From: Octopus vulgaris | Lineage: Eukaryota | DNA length: 64,000 bases | Assembly (NCBI GenBank): GCA_951406725.2 | Contig: OX597826.1 | Location: 47,802,001 to 47,866,000 of the forward strand | Reading direction: 5' to 3' | Shown here: positions 40,316 to 54,163 of the stretch, in pieces | Layout: each line of letters opens with the position of its first letter | How positions within the stretch are numbered: the stretch's first letter is position 1 | Notes under the pieces: generated by a model | The model's database searches: none | Told to the model about the DNA's origin: nothing | Seen by the model: only the letters and a program-made list of their open reading frames with translations | Program-made: the position numbers and the translations under genes

Positions 40316-41654
40316 TCACTTGAATAGCTAGAAATAACAGCCAATTTTTCTTGAAATCATACCTTATCATCTAAATGTAGTCTTAGATGTATTATCTTAA
40401 AAAAAAAGAAGTTAATCATGATTTTGATCATAGGTCTGCTCGATCAGGCTGTTCTGGAGTTAATCAACAACAACCACAAGAATTGCTGCTGCAGCACCAA
40501 AGTATAATAAATAGCAAAAGCATATTGAAGAATGAGCTCCACCTGGCTGACTTTATTCTGGTCACACTAGATGAATCCAAAAGTTTTAGTTGTGATCTAA
40601 CCACCCATTAAGAATTATGGGAAGTTTTTCAGTTAAGATCAGTAGAATTAGTCCAAGAAGAACATGCATTAGGCTAGTTAAAGATATATCTAAAAGAAGG
40701 TAGAATTTTTCGAAGGAAATGACCAAGGTGAGAGAAACTGCTGCAAGATAAAACCATTTTTAATATGGAGGCAAAAACACAGAACTATAAAAATATGAAT
40801 ATAGCCGTAGTTTAGTGAGTGAAATTCTTTGCTGTCCTGTGAAGCATTATTAATAGCAATATGAAGATGGTCGCATTGAAATATGTTCCTGATAAAACGG
40901 GTAGGCTGTTAATGAGGTTTGTTATGAGCTCAATACGGGCAAACAAAAGCAAAGAAATGCCAAAAGTATAAATAAGAAAATGAGATTGCCGAAGAGTCAA
41001 AGAATGGCAGTTAAACCAAAAATATCTGAAAGAAGAATAATTCCTTGTATTGTTCTTTTGTGTGAAGTCTACTTTCAGAAAAGTAATTATCTGATATGGC
41101 TGGCGACACAATTTCTCTATAAAAATTTTGGCATTTTTAAGAATATGTCTAGCATTAAAGCATTCATCTCTGCCTAATTCTGCCTCATGGCAGATATATA
41201 AATAATGAAAGGAATAAACACCAATCTATTCTAAAAGAAGGAAGCTATGAAGACCAATTTCATTTGAGTTATTTCTTCATTCTAAAATCATTTCAATAAT
41301 AGATATTGTTTATTTGTATTTTATATATAGACCGGTCATTCATTTCCGAATATTTTCCGTCCTTGCTATGATGGAATCTTAATGACACCATAATTACTGA
41401 GTGGACATTATTCTCAAACGTTTTAATCAGTTATAACAAAGAATTTTATCATGGTTATTGTAAACAAAATAAAACAACATTAAGTATTATGGCTTTTCTT
41501 ACAGCTCTCCTTTCACTTAAACACACTGTGTATTAAAACAGAGATGAATTTAATGAAAATATTGATTTTGTCTCTTTCGCAGTAAGTTTCTCTTAATTTT
41601 GGCTAATCAGCTTTTGACATTAACACCTTACAACAACAGCAATAATAATAATAA

Positions 41655-42682
41655 TACGGGTTTCAAATTTTGGTACAAGGCTAGCAAGTTCAAGGCAGGG
41701 AGTAAGTTGATTAAACTGACCCCAACATTCAAATGGTACTTATGTTAATGAGGCGACGAGCTGGCAGAAGCGTTAGCACGCCGGGCGAAATGCTTTGTGG
41801 TATTTCGTCCGCCGCTGCGTTCTGAGTTCAAATTCCGCCGAGGTCGACTTTACCTTTCATCCTTTCGGGGTCGATAAATTAAGTACCTGTTACACACTGG
41901 GGTCGATGTAATCGACTTAATCCATGTGTCTGTCCTTGTTTGTCCACTCTCTATGTTTAGCCCCTTGTGGGTAGTAAAGAAATAGGTACTTATTTTATTG
42001 ACCCCAAAAGGATGAAAAGGAAGTCAACCCCAGTGGAATTTTAACTTAGAATTTAAAGACAAATGAAATACTGCTGAGCAATTTACCTGAGATGCTAACA
42101 ATTCTGCCAGCTTGCTGCCTTAACAGCAACAACAACAATAATATTGGCTTCAAATTTTGACACAGGGCTAGCTGTTTGGGGAAGGGGCTAAGTTGATTAA
42201 ATCAACCCCAGTATTCAAACTCTGCAGCTTTTTGTCTGGTGTGCTAACAACTCTGCCGGATTGCCTCCTCAGGAATTCATTCTACTATAGGCACAAGACC
42301 TGAAATTTTGGAAAGAGTAGCTTATCGATTCCATCAACCCCAGTGCCTGACTGGTACTTATTTTACCCTGAAAGGATGAAAGACAAAGTTGACCTTGGAG
42401 GAATTTGAACTCAGGACATAACACCAGAAGAAATGCTGCTAAGCATTTTATCCATCACACTGTTGATTCTGTAATAATCCAGGAACACAGTCTGAAAGTT
42501 TAAAGGAGAGCGCTAGTCAATTACATCAACCCCAGTACTTGACTGGTACTTGATTTATTGACCCTGAAAGGATCAAAGGCAAAGTCAACCTCAGAGGAAT
42601 TTGAACTCAGAATGTAAAGATAGATGAAATGCCACTAAGCATTTTGTCTGATATGCTCACATTTCTACCAGTTTGCCACCTT
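41655..42682 (-). mobile_element. cluster of about four old SINE family B copies in tandem, the first split by a younger plus-strand copy
   Basis: Repeated aaattttgg..caacccca..gaatttgaactcag units separated by AAT/AAC. Confidence 0.8.
41752..41984 (+). mobile_element. young SINE family B with ~17-bp TSD
   Basis: ggtacttatgttaatga at 41735 and ggtacttattttattga at 41985. Confidence 0.88.
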
Positions 42683-43524
42683 AATAATAATAAAAATATT
42701 GAGAAGAATGCGCTTATATTATTTGTTTACATTTATGCTTTTTCTTTTTTCTCTTGGTCTTCCCCTTTTTCTCTGTCACATGACTGTGTAAGTGAATAAG
42801 TTGATGTGTTTATTTTAATGGCCCACCAATGTATACAGTATGGTTCTCTGCCCTAGGTGTCGGGAAGACACTCAGCAAGAAATGGAAACAAATTAGCTCT
42901 CTAAACACAACAACAGATACATTTCTTTTCCATTTAACTGATTGAACACACAATCAGTTTAGTAAATTTGAACATTTGCAAGAAAGTATGAGTTATTTTC
43001 GCTCTGTCAGAGGAGAAAAAGTAGCCACGTAGACACATTCATTCCAGGGAATTTGTGTCTGGTTGAGGAAAAAGAGTTGATCCCCAGACAACACATCTGG
43101 TATCAAATACTTACCTGTTAGGGAAGCTATTAAAGGTATGCAAGAGCCAAATGGGATTACTAATCAGGGTGTTGTATAAGCATATGTTTGTTGTTAATTT
43201 TTACTCTGAACAGTTTAAATCTAACACCCAAAATACCCTAATCAGGGTAGGTATTGAACTATCTTTCTCTCTCTTCATCTCTCTCCATTATTCTATCAAT
43301 CTATGCACCTATCTATTGATCCATCTGTCTGTCTGTATATCAGTCTATTTATCCATTTCTGTATCTATCAGTCAATTATATATATTCTCCTCTTGTCATA
43401 TTTTCTCTGCTCTATCTCTCTCTCTCATTTAGCACCCTCATCTCTCTCTCTCCCTCCCTCCCCTTTCTCTATTTATATATATATATATACATATATATAG
43501 GTATATATATATATATATATACAT

Positions 43525-43571
<47 letters not shown>

Positions 43572-44129
43572 ATAATATGTACAATTACTCAATAGTCAAG
43601 ATAAAACTCTGAGTTTCAGATGCCGAAGTGGAAATCCACAACACCATCTCTTCGGTTATCTGGCCATCTGAAAAAACGCTATGAAAAAATACCGTTATAT
43701 AAAGGGAAATTACTGTGTTATAATTCTGCTACTTATATAAAATAAGATTAAAATTTCATAGTAAGCATGTCTAGTCATGCGCTCACATGTGCGCTCGCGG
43801 ATCCACGTGCGTACTTATACGTCACTATGAAAATGTACACATGTGAGCGTATGACTAGACATGTTTACTATGAAATTTTAATCTTATTTTATATAAGTAG
43901 CAGAATTATGACACAGTAATTTCCCTTTATATAACGGTATTTTTCCATACCGTTTTTTCAGATGGCCAGATAACCGAAGAGATGGTGTTGTGGATTTCCA
44001 CTTCGGCATCTGAAACTCAGAGTTTTATCTTGACTATTGAGTAATTGTACGTATTATTTTATAGATAAATTTCCTCTATTTACATAATATTGAGGTCTCC
44101 TTCTTTCTTTTGTTATCTTACTGTTTTTA

Positions 44130-44131
<2 letters not shown>
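43572..44131. repeat. near-perfect palindromic fold-back element: 220-bp arms, 46-bp spacer, ~75-bp unpaired tail, inside (TA)n
   Basis: 43572-43791 is the reverse complement of 43838-44057 with only a few mismatches. Confidence 0.93.
43968..44030 (+). ncRNA. hammerhead-like motif P4 (U4C core variant); mirror copy at 43599-43661 (-)
   Basis: AGAUAA-CCGAAGA-GAUG..GUGG(AUUU)CCAC..CAUC-U-GAAA-CUC(A)GAG-UU-UUAUCU: stems I, II and III can all be drawn. Confidence 0.5.
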
Positions 44132-44181
<50 letters not shown>

Positions 44182-44284
44182 TATCATGGTGGTGCTCCAG
44201 CATGGCCACAGTCAACTGACTGAAACAAGTAAAATAATAAAAGAATATATATATTTGTCTGTCTATCTGAGCTGAGCTGCTGCT

Positions 44285-44620
44285 GTGATGCCCTTTGGTC
44301 ATGACTGACCATGGGATTGCATCTAGAAAGTTACCCTCCGAGGCGCAAGTCCGGGCAAGGTTGTTTATGGAAGACCAGTAGTCACCCATGCATACTTGCC
44401 TCCCTCTCCACACCACCAGTGTTATCTAAGGGAAAGGCAAAGGCTGATACAGCTTGGTACCTGTGACACAGCACTCATTTCTACAGCTGAGTAAACTGGA
44501 ACAATGTGAAATAAAGTGTTTTGCTCAAGAACACAACACGCAGCTTGGTCTGGGATTCAAACTCACAACCTCATGATCGTAAGCTCAACGCTCTAACCAC
44601 TGAACCATGCACCTTCACAT
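44285..44620 (-). mobile_element. SINE family C, tail type 1
   Basis: Reverse complement of the 2730-3045 type. Confidence 0.82.
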
Positions 44621-45483
44621 GTCTGTCTATCTATCTATCTGTTTGTCTATCTCACTTTTGCTTTATTATTCTCTCTTACTCTCTCTCTCTTTCTAGTTTT
44701 CTTCAACTCTCCTTCCCCATATAAGCACCAGATTATCCATCTGTATGCCTATCTATTTGTCTAGATTACCTGCCTACTTGTCAGTCAGCACATACAATAA
44801 CAGCCATACCAACAATCCAACACACCTCCATCATCAGCTGCCCTACAGATATCATTATGATTTCGACACCCAAGCAGTACCATTCAATCCAGCAGTGTCA
44901 ACAGCACTAAAATAAGTGTTGTTTGCAAACAAGCATAGCTTAGATATCTCCACATTCATTCAATCTTAATTCTAGAAAGGATTAAACACTAACATTATTA
45001 ATTAAACTACAACAAAGAAAACACATGTACCCTATGTACAAAAACAGTATTACTAAATTGATAAGTCTATAAGTAAACATATATATATAATATGCATGTA
45101 TGTATGTACCTTTGTATGTATATCACAATATTACCTTTCCACCTGTTCATATACCTTCCTACCTATCTATGAACAATTACAGAAAAAAAAGTAAGAAAAA
45201 AAAAGAAAGAAAAAATACCCATTTCTATTATTCTTTACTGACATTTTTATTATTCTTTACTAGTCATTGTTCTTGTGCCTGTTCTTGCTTGGTCTGTGCT
45301 TACAAACTGATGCTTTATTCATTAAACTATAACTGAAAATAAAATAGGGTCTGTTTGTTAAATAGAACATTTATCACTCATTCTGTTATTTCTATATACA
45401 TAATAGCAGGGCAAATAAAATTTCACATATCTTCTTGAGGGTGTGTATGTATATGTGTGTGTTTGTGTGTGTGTGTATGTATG

Positions 45484-45610
<127 letters not shown>

Positions 45611-45754
45611 ATTTATATGTACATTGAATGTGTGTATGTTGGTATGTGCATATATGCATGGATATATGGACAGATGAGTGTGTTTATGCATGTATGCAAA
45701 TGTGCATTTGTTGTCTACCTCTCTTATGTAAATAACTATGTATGTATATGTATG

Positions 45755-45789
<35 letters not shown>

Positions 45790-45833
45790 TGCATGTGTAG
45801 CAAACTTTTTTGTTATGTATATGCATATATATA

Positions 45834-45913
<80 letters not shown>

Positions 45914-46183
45914 TATATACATACATATATACATACATACATATACATACATACATATATATATATATAGTACCTTTACATTCAATGCACATAGTGACAC
46001 AATTTTGAGTCACTATTTACCTACTTAAGAGAAGAATAGATGCAAGACAATAAAAAAACAGTGTATTGAAGACAATACACACTCGAATGCTCACGCACAC
46101 ACACACACACACCTTCATGATGAGCAGTGAACTGGAAGAAAGAGTTCTCACCACTACATTGGTAGATAAATTATTTCTCTTAT

Positions 46184-46586
46184 ACTCTTTTTACTTGTTT
46201 CAGTCATTTGACTGCGGCCATGCTGGAGCACCGCCTTTAGTCGAGCAAATCGACCCCGGGACTTATTCTTTGTAAGCCCAGTACTTATTCTATCGGTCTC
46301 TTTTGCCGAACCGCTAAGTGACGGGGACGTAAACACACCAGCATCGGTTGTCAAGCAATGCTGGGGGACAAACACAGACACACAAACATACACACACATA
46401 CATATATATATATACATATATACGACAGGCTTCTTTCAGTTTCCGTCTACCAAATCCACTCACAAGGCATTGGTCGGCCCGGGGCTATAGCAGAAGACAC
46501 TTGCCCAAGATGCCACACAGTGGGACTGAACCCGGAACCATGTGGTTGGTTAGCAAGCTACTTACCACACAGCCACTCCTGCGCCT
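46184..46586 (-). mobile_element. SINE family A, full length, close to consensus
   Basis: Reverse complement of the family A consensus. Confidence 0.92.
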
Positions 46587-46994
46587 GAATTGAATAGTCT
46601 AATAGCATAGTCTTTATGCATATATCTATATATTTATCAAACAATTTAATTCTCATTGTATATACATGTGCGCATACACATACATACATGTATGTATGTG
46701 TGTACGTATGTATGTATGTATGTCTATATAATGAGAGTGAGCTAGTTTGATAAACGTATATATATGCACGAAACCTATGGTATCTGACTACTCAATTCTA
46801 TCAAGAGAAATAATTAATTCATCAACCAATGCTGTGTTGAGGACTCATTATTTCAGTTTTTCACACATGAAAGTGCATGTGTGTAAGAGTAGTGTCTTCA
46901 ATATGTGTGCATGTGTGTGAGTATGTGTGTGTGTGTGTATGTGTATCGTCAGTGGTGGCGGCTTTATCTCGTATCCAACAATTTAATTTCTTCT

Positions 46995-47280
46995 TTACTG
47001 GATGCTCTCTTTATGGTGATGGTGCTGAATTCTAGTATAAAAGAGTCGATGACATTGACTGCATGGTAATGCTGCTGGAGAGCAAGGTTGATTTACTGAG
47101 CCATTCTCTCCTGCCATTTGATTTCTTCCTTTTCTCTTCAGGTGCTTTTGAAGTTTTGTTTCCGATGGTGATGGAACGCCGCCTCTATAGTGGAAATCTT
47201 GCTCATATGTAGTAAAGTTACATATATTTCTTGTGTATCGTGTATCTTAATAATTTTCGTGTCTTCTTTCACGCTTTAGA
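46995..47280 (-). mobile_element. degenerate RTE-like LINE C-terminus with zinc-finger relic
   Basis: Minus frame QKHLKRK..LPCSQCHRLFYTRIQHHHH resembles the RTE terminal CxxCxR.F..RIGL.SH motif. Confidence 0.5.
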
Positions 47281-47535
47281 CTAGCATTCGAACCCTTTAG
47301 AAAAATCTAACTTTCATAACTTAGCAAAAAATACCTTGCTATGCCTAATTGCAATATACCCTCTAATGTAAAAGTAATTATGCCTTATCATCAAGTATAT
47401 ATTTGTATAAAAAAATACAAGCTGGGACAAGAACGCAAAACATTTAGAAGACGATACAAAAAACAAAAATTCGAAGCCTTCAATCTTCAGTCAAGAACCG
47501 GATCATCCTCGCAATTTTGGCTGATATATATATAT

Positions 47536-47931
47536 AGGTGCAGGAGTGGCTATGTGGTAAGTAGCTTGCTTACCAACTACGTGGTTCTGGGTTCAGTCCC
47601 ACTGCGTGGCAAGTGTCCTCTACTGTAGCCTTGGGCCAACCAAAGCCTTGTGAGTGGATTTGGTGGATGGAAACTGAAAGAAGCCCGTCAGATATATATA
47701 TATATATATATGCTTGTGTGTCTGTGTTTGTCCCCACCATCGCTTGACAACTGATGTCGGTGTGTTTATGTCCCCATAACTTAGCAGGTCGGCAAAGAGA
47801 CCGATAGAATAAGCACTAGGCTTACAAAGAATAAGTCCTGGATGGGTAGGGGTGGGGGAGATTTGTTCAACTAAAGGCAGTGCTCCAGCATGACCGCAGT
47901 CAGATGACTGAAACAAATAAAAGAATAAAAA

Positions 47932-47934
<3 letters not shown>
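47536..47934 (+). mobile_element. SINE family A
   Basis: Matches the family A consensus. Confidence 0.9.
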
Positions 47935-47971
<37 letters not shown>

Positions 47972-47973
<2 letters not shown>

Positions 47974-48198
47974 CGGGAAGCTTTTGAAAATAGACAAAAG
48001 ACTGAGGCAGGTTTACGGAAATAAACAAAAGACGAAGGCAGGTGGAATACAAACAAATAATTGTATTAGTATGGCGCTCAGGTTATAAATAAAACAAGTC
48101 TTTAACGTTTCGAGCCTACGCTCTTCAACAGAAAGATTAACAGAGAAGAAACACAGAAAGAAGGAGAGAAAAAATGCGTAGAGGCTAGCGAATCAACA

Positions 48199-48201
<3 letters not shown>
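47972..48201 (-). mobile_element. P2 unit between (TA)n tracts
   Basis: Minus strand tctttctgttgaagagcgtaggctcgaaacgttaaaga at 48099-48136. Confidence 0.82.
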
Positions 48202-48236
<35 letters not shown>

Positions 48237-48625
48237 TCACAAATACCTCCCATACACACACACAGATAGGTTGAACTATACATACCTGCATATATATATA
48301 TAGAAAATTGATGGATATACATCAAAATGTATACCCACGGTAATTAAGGGCTCAGTTAAAATCAGATTTGTTGAACACCAACACTTTATAACATTATAAT
48401 AAATCTAATTGTGACTGACTAGCATATATATATACATAATTAGCCAAAACGATTTAATAGACTAATAAATTTAGAAAAAAACAGAAAATCTAAAATTCTG
48501 CTAAAAGTTCGTAATTTAATTATGCTCAGTAGAGCAGCAGCTGTCAGGGATTTCACTCAAAGAAAGAAAGAAAGAAAGAAAGAAGGAAGGAAAGAAAGAA
48601 AGAATCTATAGAATATGGTAACTTA

Positions 48626-48756
48626 AAAGACTGGGGGGTATATCAGCCGAAACGTGTTAACAACAAAGATAAGGACAAATATCCGTCAAATGTAAATAAT
48701 TTAAATAATGTAAATTATGTACATAGTTCCCCATCTCTTAAATATAGAACTGTATT
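48626..48756 (+). mobile_element. P1 terminal repeat, 5'-truncated
   Basis: gactgg..gtatatcagccgaaacg..aaatatagaactgta. Confidence 0.75.
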
Positions 48757-48948
48757 AGATACACCAATGTCTGAAAGAAAGACGAGAAAAAATCATGACC
48801 TGTGTATCTCATTCAGGACTTACCTACCTGGGGTTAAACACCAACTGCTAAATCGTAGATAACTCCAATTAAGAGTGAATGTTCTGTTAGAATATATTTT
48901 ACTTACCGTAACAGATTGGAGGAATTTTTGCCGTGATATATATATATA

Positions 48949-49178
48949 AGGCGACGAGCTGGCAGAGACGTTAGCACGCCGGGCGAAGTGCTTCGCGGTA
49001 TTTCGCCCGTCGCTACGTTCTGAGTTCAAATTCAGCCGAGGTCGACTTTGCCTTTCATCCTTTCCGGGTCGATAAATTAAGTACTAGTTACGCACTGGGG
49101 TCGATATAATCGACTTAATCCGCTTGTCTGTCCTTGTTTGTCCCCTCTATGTTTAGCCCCTTGTGGGTAGTAAAGAAA
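48949..49178 (+). mobile_element. SINE family B
   Basis: Matches the family B consensus. Confidence 0.9.
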
Positions 49179-49517
49179 TATATATTTTACTTACCAGCAT
49201 CTTCTTGCTGATCAACATCCTGCACAGATTATTTGTTTTTAACGATCAAATGCTTGTACTATACGTTATCTCATACCCTCCACCAAAACGACGTTGCCAG
49301 TACAGATGCACAATTACGTCATATGTCAGATGTCGATATGATCGCAGAGCGGTATTGAAACGGAGTGATTTGCTCGAAATCAAAACGCACCATCCCGTCC
49401 GGGAATTGAACCAGTGTCTACATGATCATGAATTCAACACCCCTAACCACTAAGCCACCTGTCTTCAAAAACAAGAAACGCTACAATAACAGCAATAATA
49501 CCAAGAATATATACTTA

Positions 49518-49913
49518 CTAGCAGTATCGCCCGGCGTTGCTCGGGTTTGTAAGGGAAATAACTATATAAGCATTTTTAGAGAGTTATAGCCAAAAAAAGC
49601 AAAAAATGCATCAAAAATGGAAAAAGAATGATGGTAAATTCTTTTTAAAATCGTTGACTCATTGTAGACATTTTTAGAGAGATACTTCCCTTATATAATA
49701 GCGAAAAAATGCATTAAAATGGAAAAAAATGATGGTAAATTTTTTTTTAAATCGTAGACTCATCGTAGACGCGCGCTAATACCCAGAAGGGCTCGATATG
49801 AATCACAACTATAAAATACCCGGTTTTGGTTAAACTGCACCGCAAAATGTGGGAGTAGTTAGGAATCTAAATCGTAGGAGACAGACACACAACTTGACTT
49901 TTATATATAAAGA
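49518..49913 (-). mobile_element. non-autonomous Helitron with the same termini but a different interior
   Basis: 5' TC(tttatatataaaag), same 3' hairpin plus CTAG, A|T target; internal duplication of catttttagaga and aaaaaatgcat..atggtaaatt. Confidence 0.83.
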
Positions 49914-50268
49914 TATGATAGATTGTTATCTGTGGCAACAGAAATGTTTAATAATTAGGTGGAATGGTGGAAATTTAAAGAAATAAAGCCAGATTCAGAA
50001 GTTTATTCCGAAACTTGCAGATATTTGATTGACAGGTTTTCTGACAAAAAATTTTGCTAAATCAAATAAATAGGTTAGTCAGCCATTGTTAATCAACAAC
50101 AACAATAGCAGCAATAACAACAGCAACAACAACATCAACAACGAAAGCAATATCAACAGCGAAGACAAAATAATATACACATATATATATACACATATAT
50201 ATACACATATATATATACACATATATATCCATTCATATAGTTTAACCAGGCATGTAAAAAAAGCCAAA

Positions 50269-50311
<43 letters not shown>

Positions 50312-50513
50312 TGTGTGTGAGTGTGTGTATGTGTGTGTTGGTGTGTATGTGTGTGTGTGTGTTTGTGTAACGATCTGTTTTGAGATTGCTCTGTTCCAGT
50401 AAGTTAAGCATGGCTTGTAATGATATACACAGTGAAGAAACAAAGTGAGGGCAGTTCCAGGGTGGTGGGCACGCTTCGTGGATGCCAATACCTTCATCCC
50501 TATCACCACCACC

Positions 50514-50545
<32 letters not shown>

Positions 50546-50654
50546 CAACAACAATAACAACGACGACGGCGACAGCAACAATGACAGCAACTGTAAACAG
50601 CAACAACAATAATACAAAACAATGACATGACTACATTAACAATTGTAGAGGTGG

Positions 50655-50710
<56 letters not shown>

Positions 50711-51130
50711 ATATGTATGTATATGTATATATATGTATGTATGTATATATATGTGTATGTATGTATTTATGTATATATATATAATGTATGTATGTATACA
50801 TGAATGTATATATATATAGATGTATGTATGTATATATGCACACACATATATATGCATAGGGTGAGGGAGTGAGAGAGAGAGAGAGTGTGTGTGTGATTTC
50901 ATTTGATTACCTCTGGTTTTGTGTTTATGAAGAAAGGTGTGTGCTAAAAAGAAAGTTCCTCTGTGGCCAATAGAAAAACAAGTAAGAAAGTCAGGAAAAA
51001 ATGTCCTTCCAAAACGGAAAATATTAATAATAATGGTTTCAAATTTTGCCTCAAGGACAGCAATTTCGGGGTAGGGGATGAGCTGATTACATGGACCCAG
51101 TGTTCAACTGGTACTTATTTATCGACCCTG

Positions 51131-51764
51131 AAAGTCAACCTCGGCGGAATTTGAACTCAAAACGTAATGGCAGACGAAACACCTATTTCTTTACTACCCA
51201 CAAGGTGCTAAACAAAGAGAGGACAAACAAGGACAGACAAACGGATTCAGTCGATTATATCGACCCCAGTGCGTAACTGGTACTTATTTAATCGACCCCG
51301 AAAGGATGAAAGGCAAAGTCGACCTCGGCGGAATTTGAACTCAGAACGTAACGGCAGACGAAATACCGCTAAGCATTTCGCCCGGCGTGCTAACGATTCT
51401 GCCAGCTCGCCGCCTTAGTATAGTGCAAAAATATTAATATCTGAATCACTAACTGGAATAAACTGTCTGCTGGATTCTAAAACACTTTGGAAAAACTCCA
51501 AAAGTTTAAAGATGTACTTATTACCTATGTCACTAAAATCACCAAGTAACTGATAAACTGTTGTTTCAGAAGGGAAGAGTAAAAACGCTGCTTAATACCG
51601 AGAGTGATGGAACGGAAAATATCTTTATCGCGCTTACATATCTTAGTTTTTTTCTTCTTAGGTTTTGATAATTCATATTTCGGTTTGGCAAGAGACTTAT
51701 GATTTTTAAGAGTAAAGTATGGCTCTCAAAACGCTAAATTTTCTAGACCATCGCATATATTGAG
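51131..51764 (-). repeat. inverted copy of 62228-62862 (SINE B plus ~350 bp of upstream flank)
   Basis: Base-by-base reverse complement with few mismatches. Confidence 0.93.
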
Positions 51765-51909
51765 ACGAAATACCGCTAAGAATTTCGTCCGGCTTGCTGA
51801 CGATTCTGCCAGCTCAATAATAATGACGACGGCGATGATGATGATGAAGATGATGTTGACGACGTCAGTGACAGGGTCTATATAGCTTACTCAGCTCCAA
51901 ATTGCTGAC

Positions 51910-52431
51910 ATGAGGCACCCATTTTCCAAGTTTAGGAACCTTTCCAAGTTGTTGAAGATGATGATGAACTGTTGTATGGTTTAGACTGAACTTTATTGCC
52001 AATTCTTCAACTGATAATGCAGGATTTTCTTCAAGTAATGTCTAAAGGATCTTATCATCAAACTCAACTGGACGTCCTGTTCGATCTTCATCTTCAAGGC
52101 TGAAATCTCCACTTCTGAAGTTTGCAAAGCATCTACTGCAAGTTCTTTCATTCAAGCATTCTTTCCCATAAACTGAGTGTATGTTTCGAGTTGCTTCGGC
52201 TGCAGAGTTTCCTTTTTTGTATTCATAAAGCATTATGTACCTTAAATGCTCTTTGGATACTTCCATATTAGAAAGGGTTTTAATCAAAGAAATTTTAATT
52301 CTGTTATTCTGTAAAATAATATTTATTTGTTTAAATGCACACAAATGCATAAAAATAATTTTTAATTCCATTAGGCATTCTAAAATACTTGAAAAAAGGT
52401 AAAATCGGACAGAACTTATAGGATGACCTGA
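51910..52431 (-). mobile_element. mariner transposon 5' fragment (left TIR plus N-terminal transposase pseudogene)
   Basis: MEVSKEHLRYIMLYEYKKGNSAAEATRNI..FRSGDFSLEDEDRTGRP..(stop)..HLQQLGKVPKLGKWVPH; TA followed by TIR-like tcaggtcatcctataagttctgtccg. Confidence 0.9.
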
Positions 52432-52485
52432 TAATTAAATTCTGTCTGTAATAGTTCGATGGAAGACACCAACCGGTTTTACAGT

Positions 52486-52650
52486 TTACACTGACGTTGC
52501 ATGTCGTCGGCTTATCTTTCGGAATGAGAAGATATGGTCGTGATAACGGACCTTAAATTGGTTTGTAGAGGCTCCTATGTATGCGCATTTATGTTGTGGT
52601 GTGGTGACTGTGCATTCGTACATGAGGTTTCTTTGCATGCATTGCGCACC
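52486..52650 (-). mobile_element. Penelope-like GIY-YIG endonuclease fragment
   Basis: CMQRNLMYECTVTT..AYIGASTNQFKVRYHDHIFSFR. Confidence 0.72.
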
Positions 52651-53954
52651 TGGAGAACTACGCTGCGTGGAAACAATTGTAGTGATTAAGAAATAAATGT
52701 CCAATCGTACCCGTACTTGGTGACTCCAATTTTTTCAATTACGTATTCACATACGAGAGATGCTCAAACGCAAACCTGGAAGTACGTATAATGCCACTAC
52801 TGGATAGCACAGGGTAAATCTAAAGCTGGACGAGCTTTATACTGTGCCCTACTACTTTCTTAACAGAATATATCATAAGTATATATATATACACACACAC
52901 ACACACACATAGAGAGACAGACAGACAGAGGGCAGGTAGATAAAAGAGACATAGATACACAAACATACATAAATACACACATATATGCGTGTGTATATTC
53001 TTTTAATTTTTTCACTTGTTTCAGTCATTTGACTGCGGCCAAGCTGGAGCATAAAACAAATCAGCGTAATAATTTACAATCAGTAATAATGGCTTCAAAT
53101 TTTGGCACAAGGCCAGTAATTTTGGGTGAGGGGTTAAGTCAGTAAGATCGACCCCAGTGCTCAACCGGTTCTTATTTTATCGACCCCGAAAGCATGAAAG
53201 GCAAGTCAACCTCAGCAGTATTTGAACTCAGATCGTAGAGCTCACCATCTTCCGATTTTTTTAACAATGATACATAAATAAAGATACTGTTCAGTTCTCT
53301 CCTTACTACAAAGCCAAGTGTTGCTACTTTAGCCTCATCAGAGAACTCTCTTACGATCAGCCCCAAGTTCCTACCTAATATCATTTAATAAATAGGTTCT
53401 GAATAACTTCAACCAATTTCTTCCTTCTCTTCTTCCTGATAAACATCACACTATTCCTCTCATTCATAAATAGCTGTATACACCACCTTGTATAACACCT
53501 CACATCTTATCTTCCATATAAGGCTGCGGCGATGCTGCGATATAAAGAAAACCTGTTATGTAAAAATGACCGAGATTCTGTTAGTCTTTGTTTCAAAATA
53601 CCTCAACGAAAGAGTAAAAGCCATTCATTAAAATGTTTTGATCTTTCCAGCCTACACACGTTAATACGAGCGGTAAATCTTTTGTTGTCATTTAGTTGAG
53701 GAACGAAGGTACAGACAAACATCATTAGAAACTTGTTTGAGTCAGATCTCGGCTAAATAAACTTTCATAAGAATAGCCTGTGTTTCTGATTGGCTCGATG
53801 GAGACGTTTCTTTTCAATGAAAATGTGCTATCTATATGGGGTGTGTATATATGTGAATGGTTTTGTGTATGTATATATATATATGTATATATGCATATGT
53901 ATCTTCACACAAAGCATTATCTGTCTAGCTGTTTGCTAGTTTTCTCTCTCTCTC

Positions 53955-54052
<98 letters not shown>

Positions 54053-54163
54053 CATGCATATATATATACATAATAATAATATTAGGGAGTATAATTCCAA
54101 ACTTACAGGGAAAAATTCAATTTAGTTAAATCAAATTTCACAATATAAATATATATATATATA

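Noticed and set aside
47120-47212. Strong-looking splice acceptor tttcttccttttctcttcag|gt on the plus strand
   Set aside because: It is better explained as the antisense of a purine-rich RTE-like C-terminal relic, and the following frame stops after about 22 codons.
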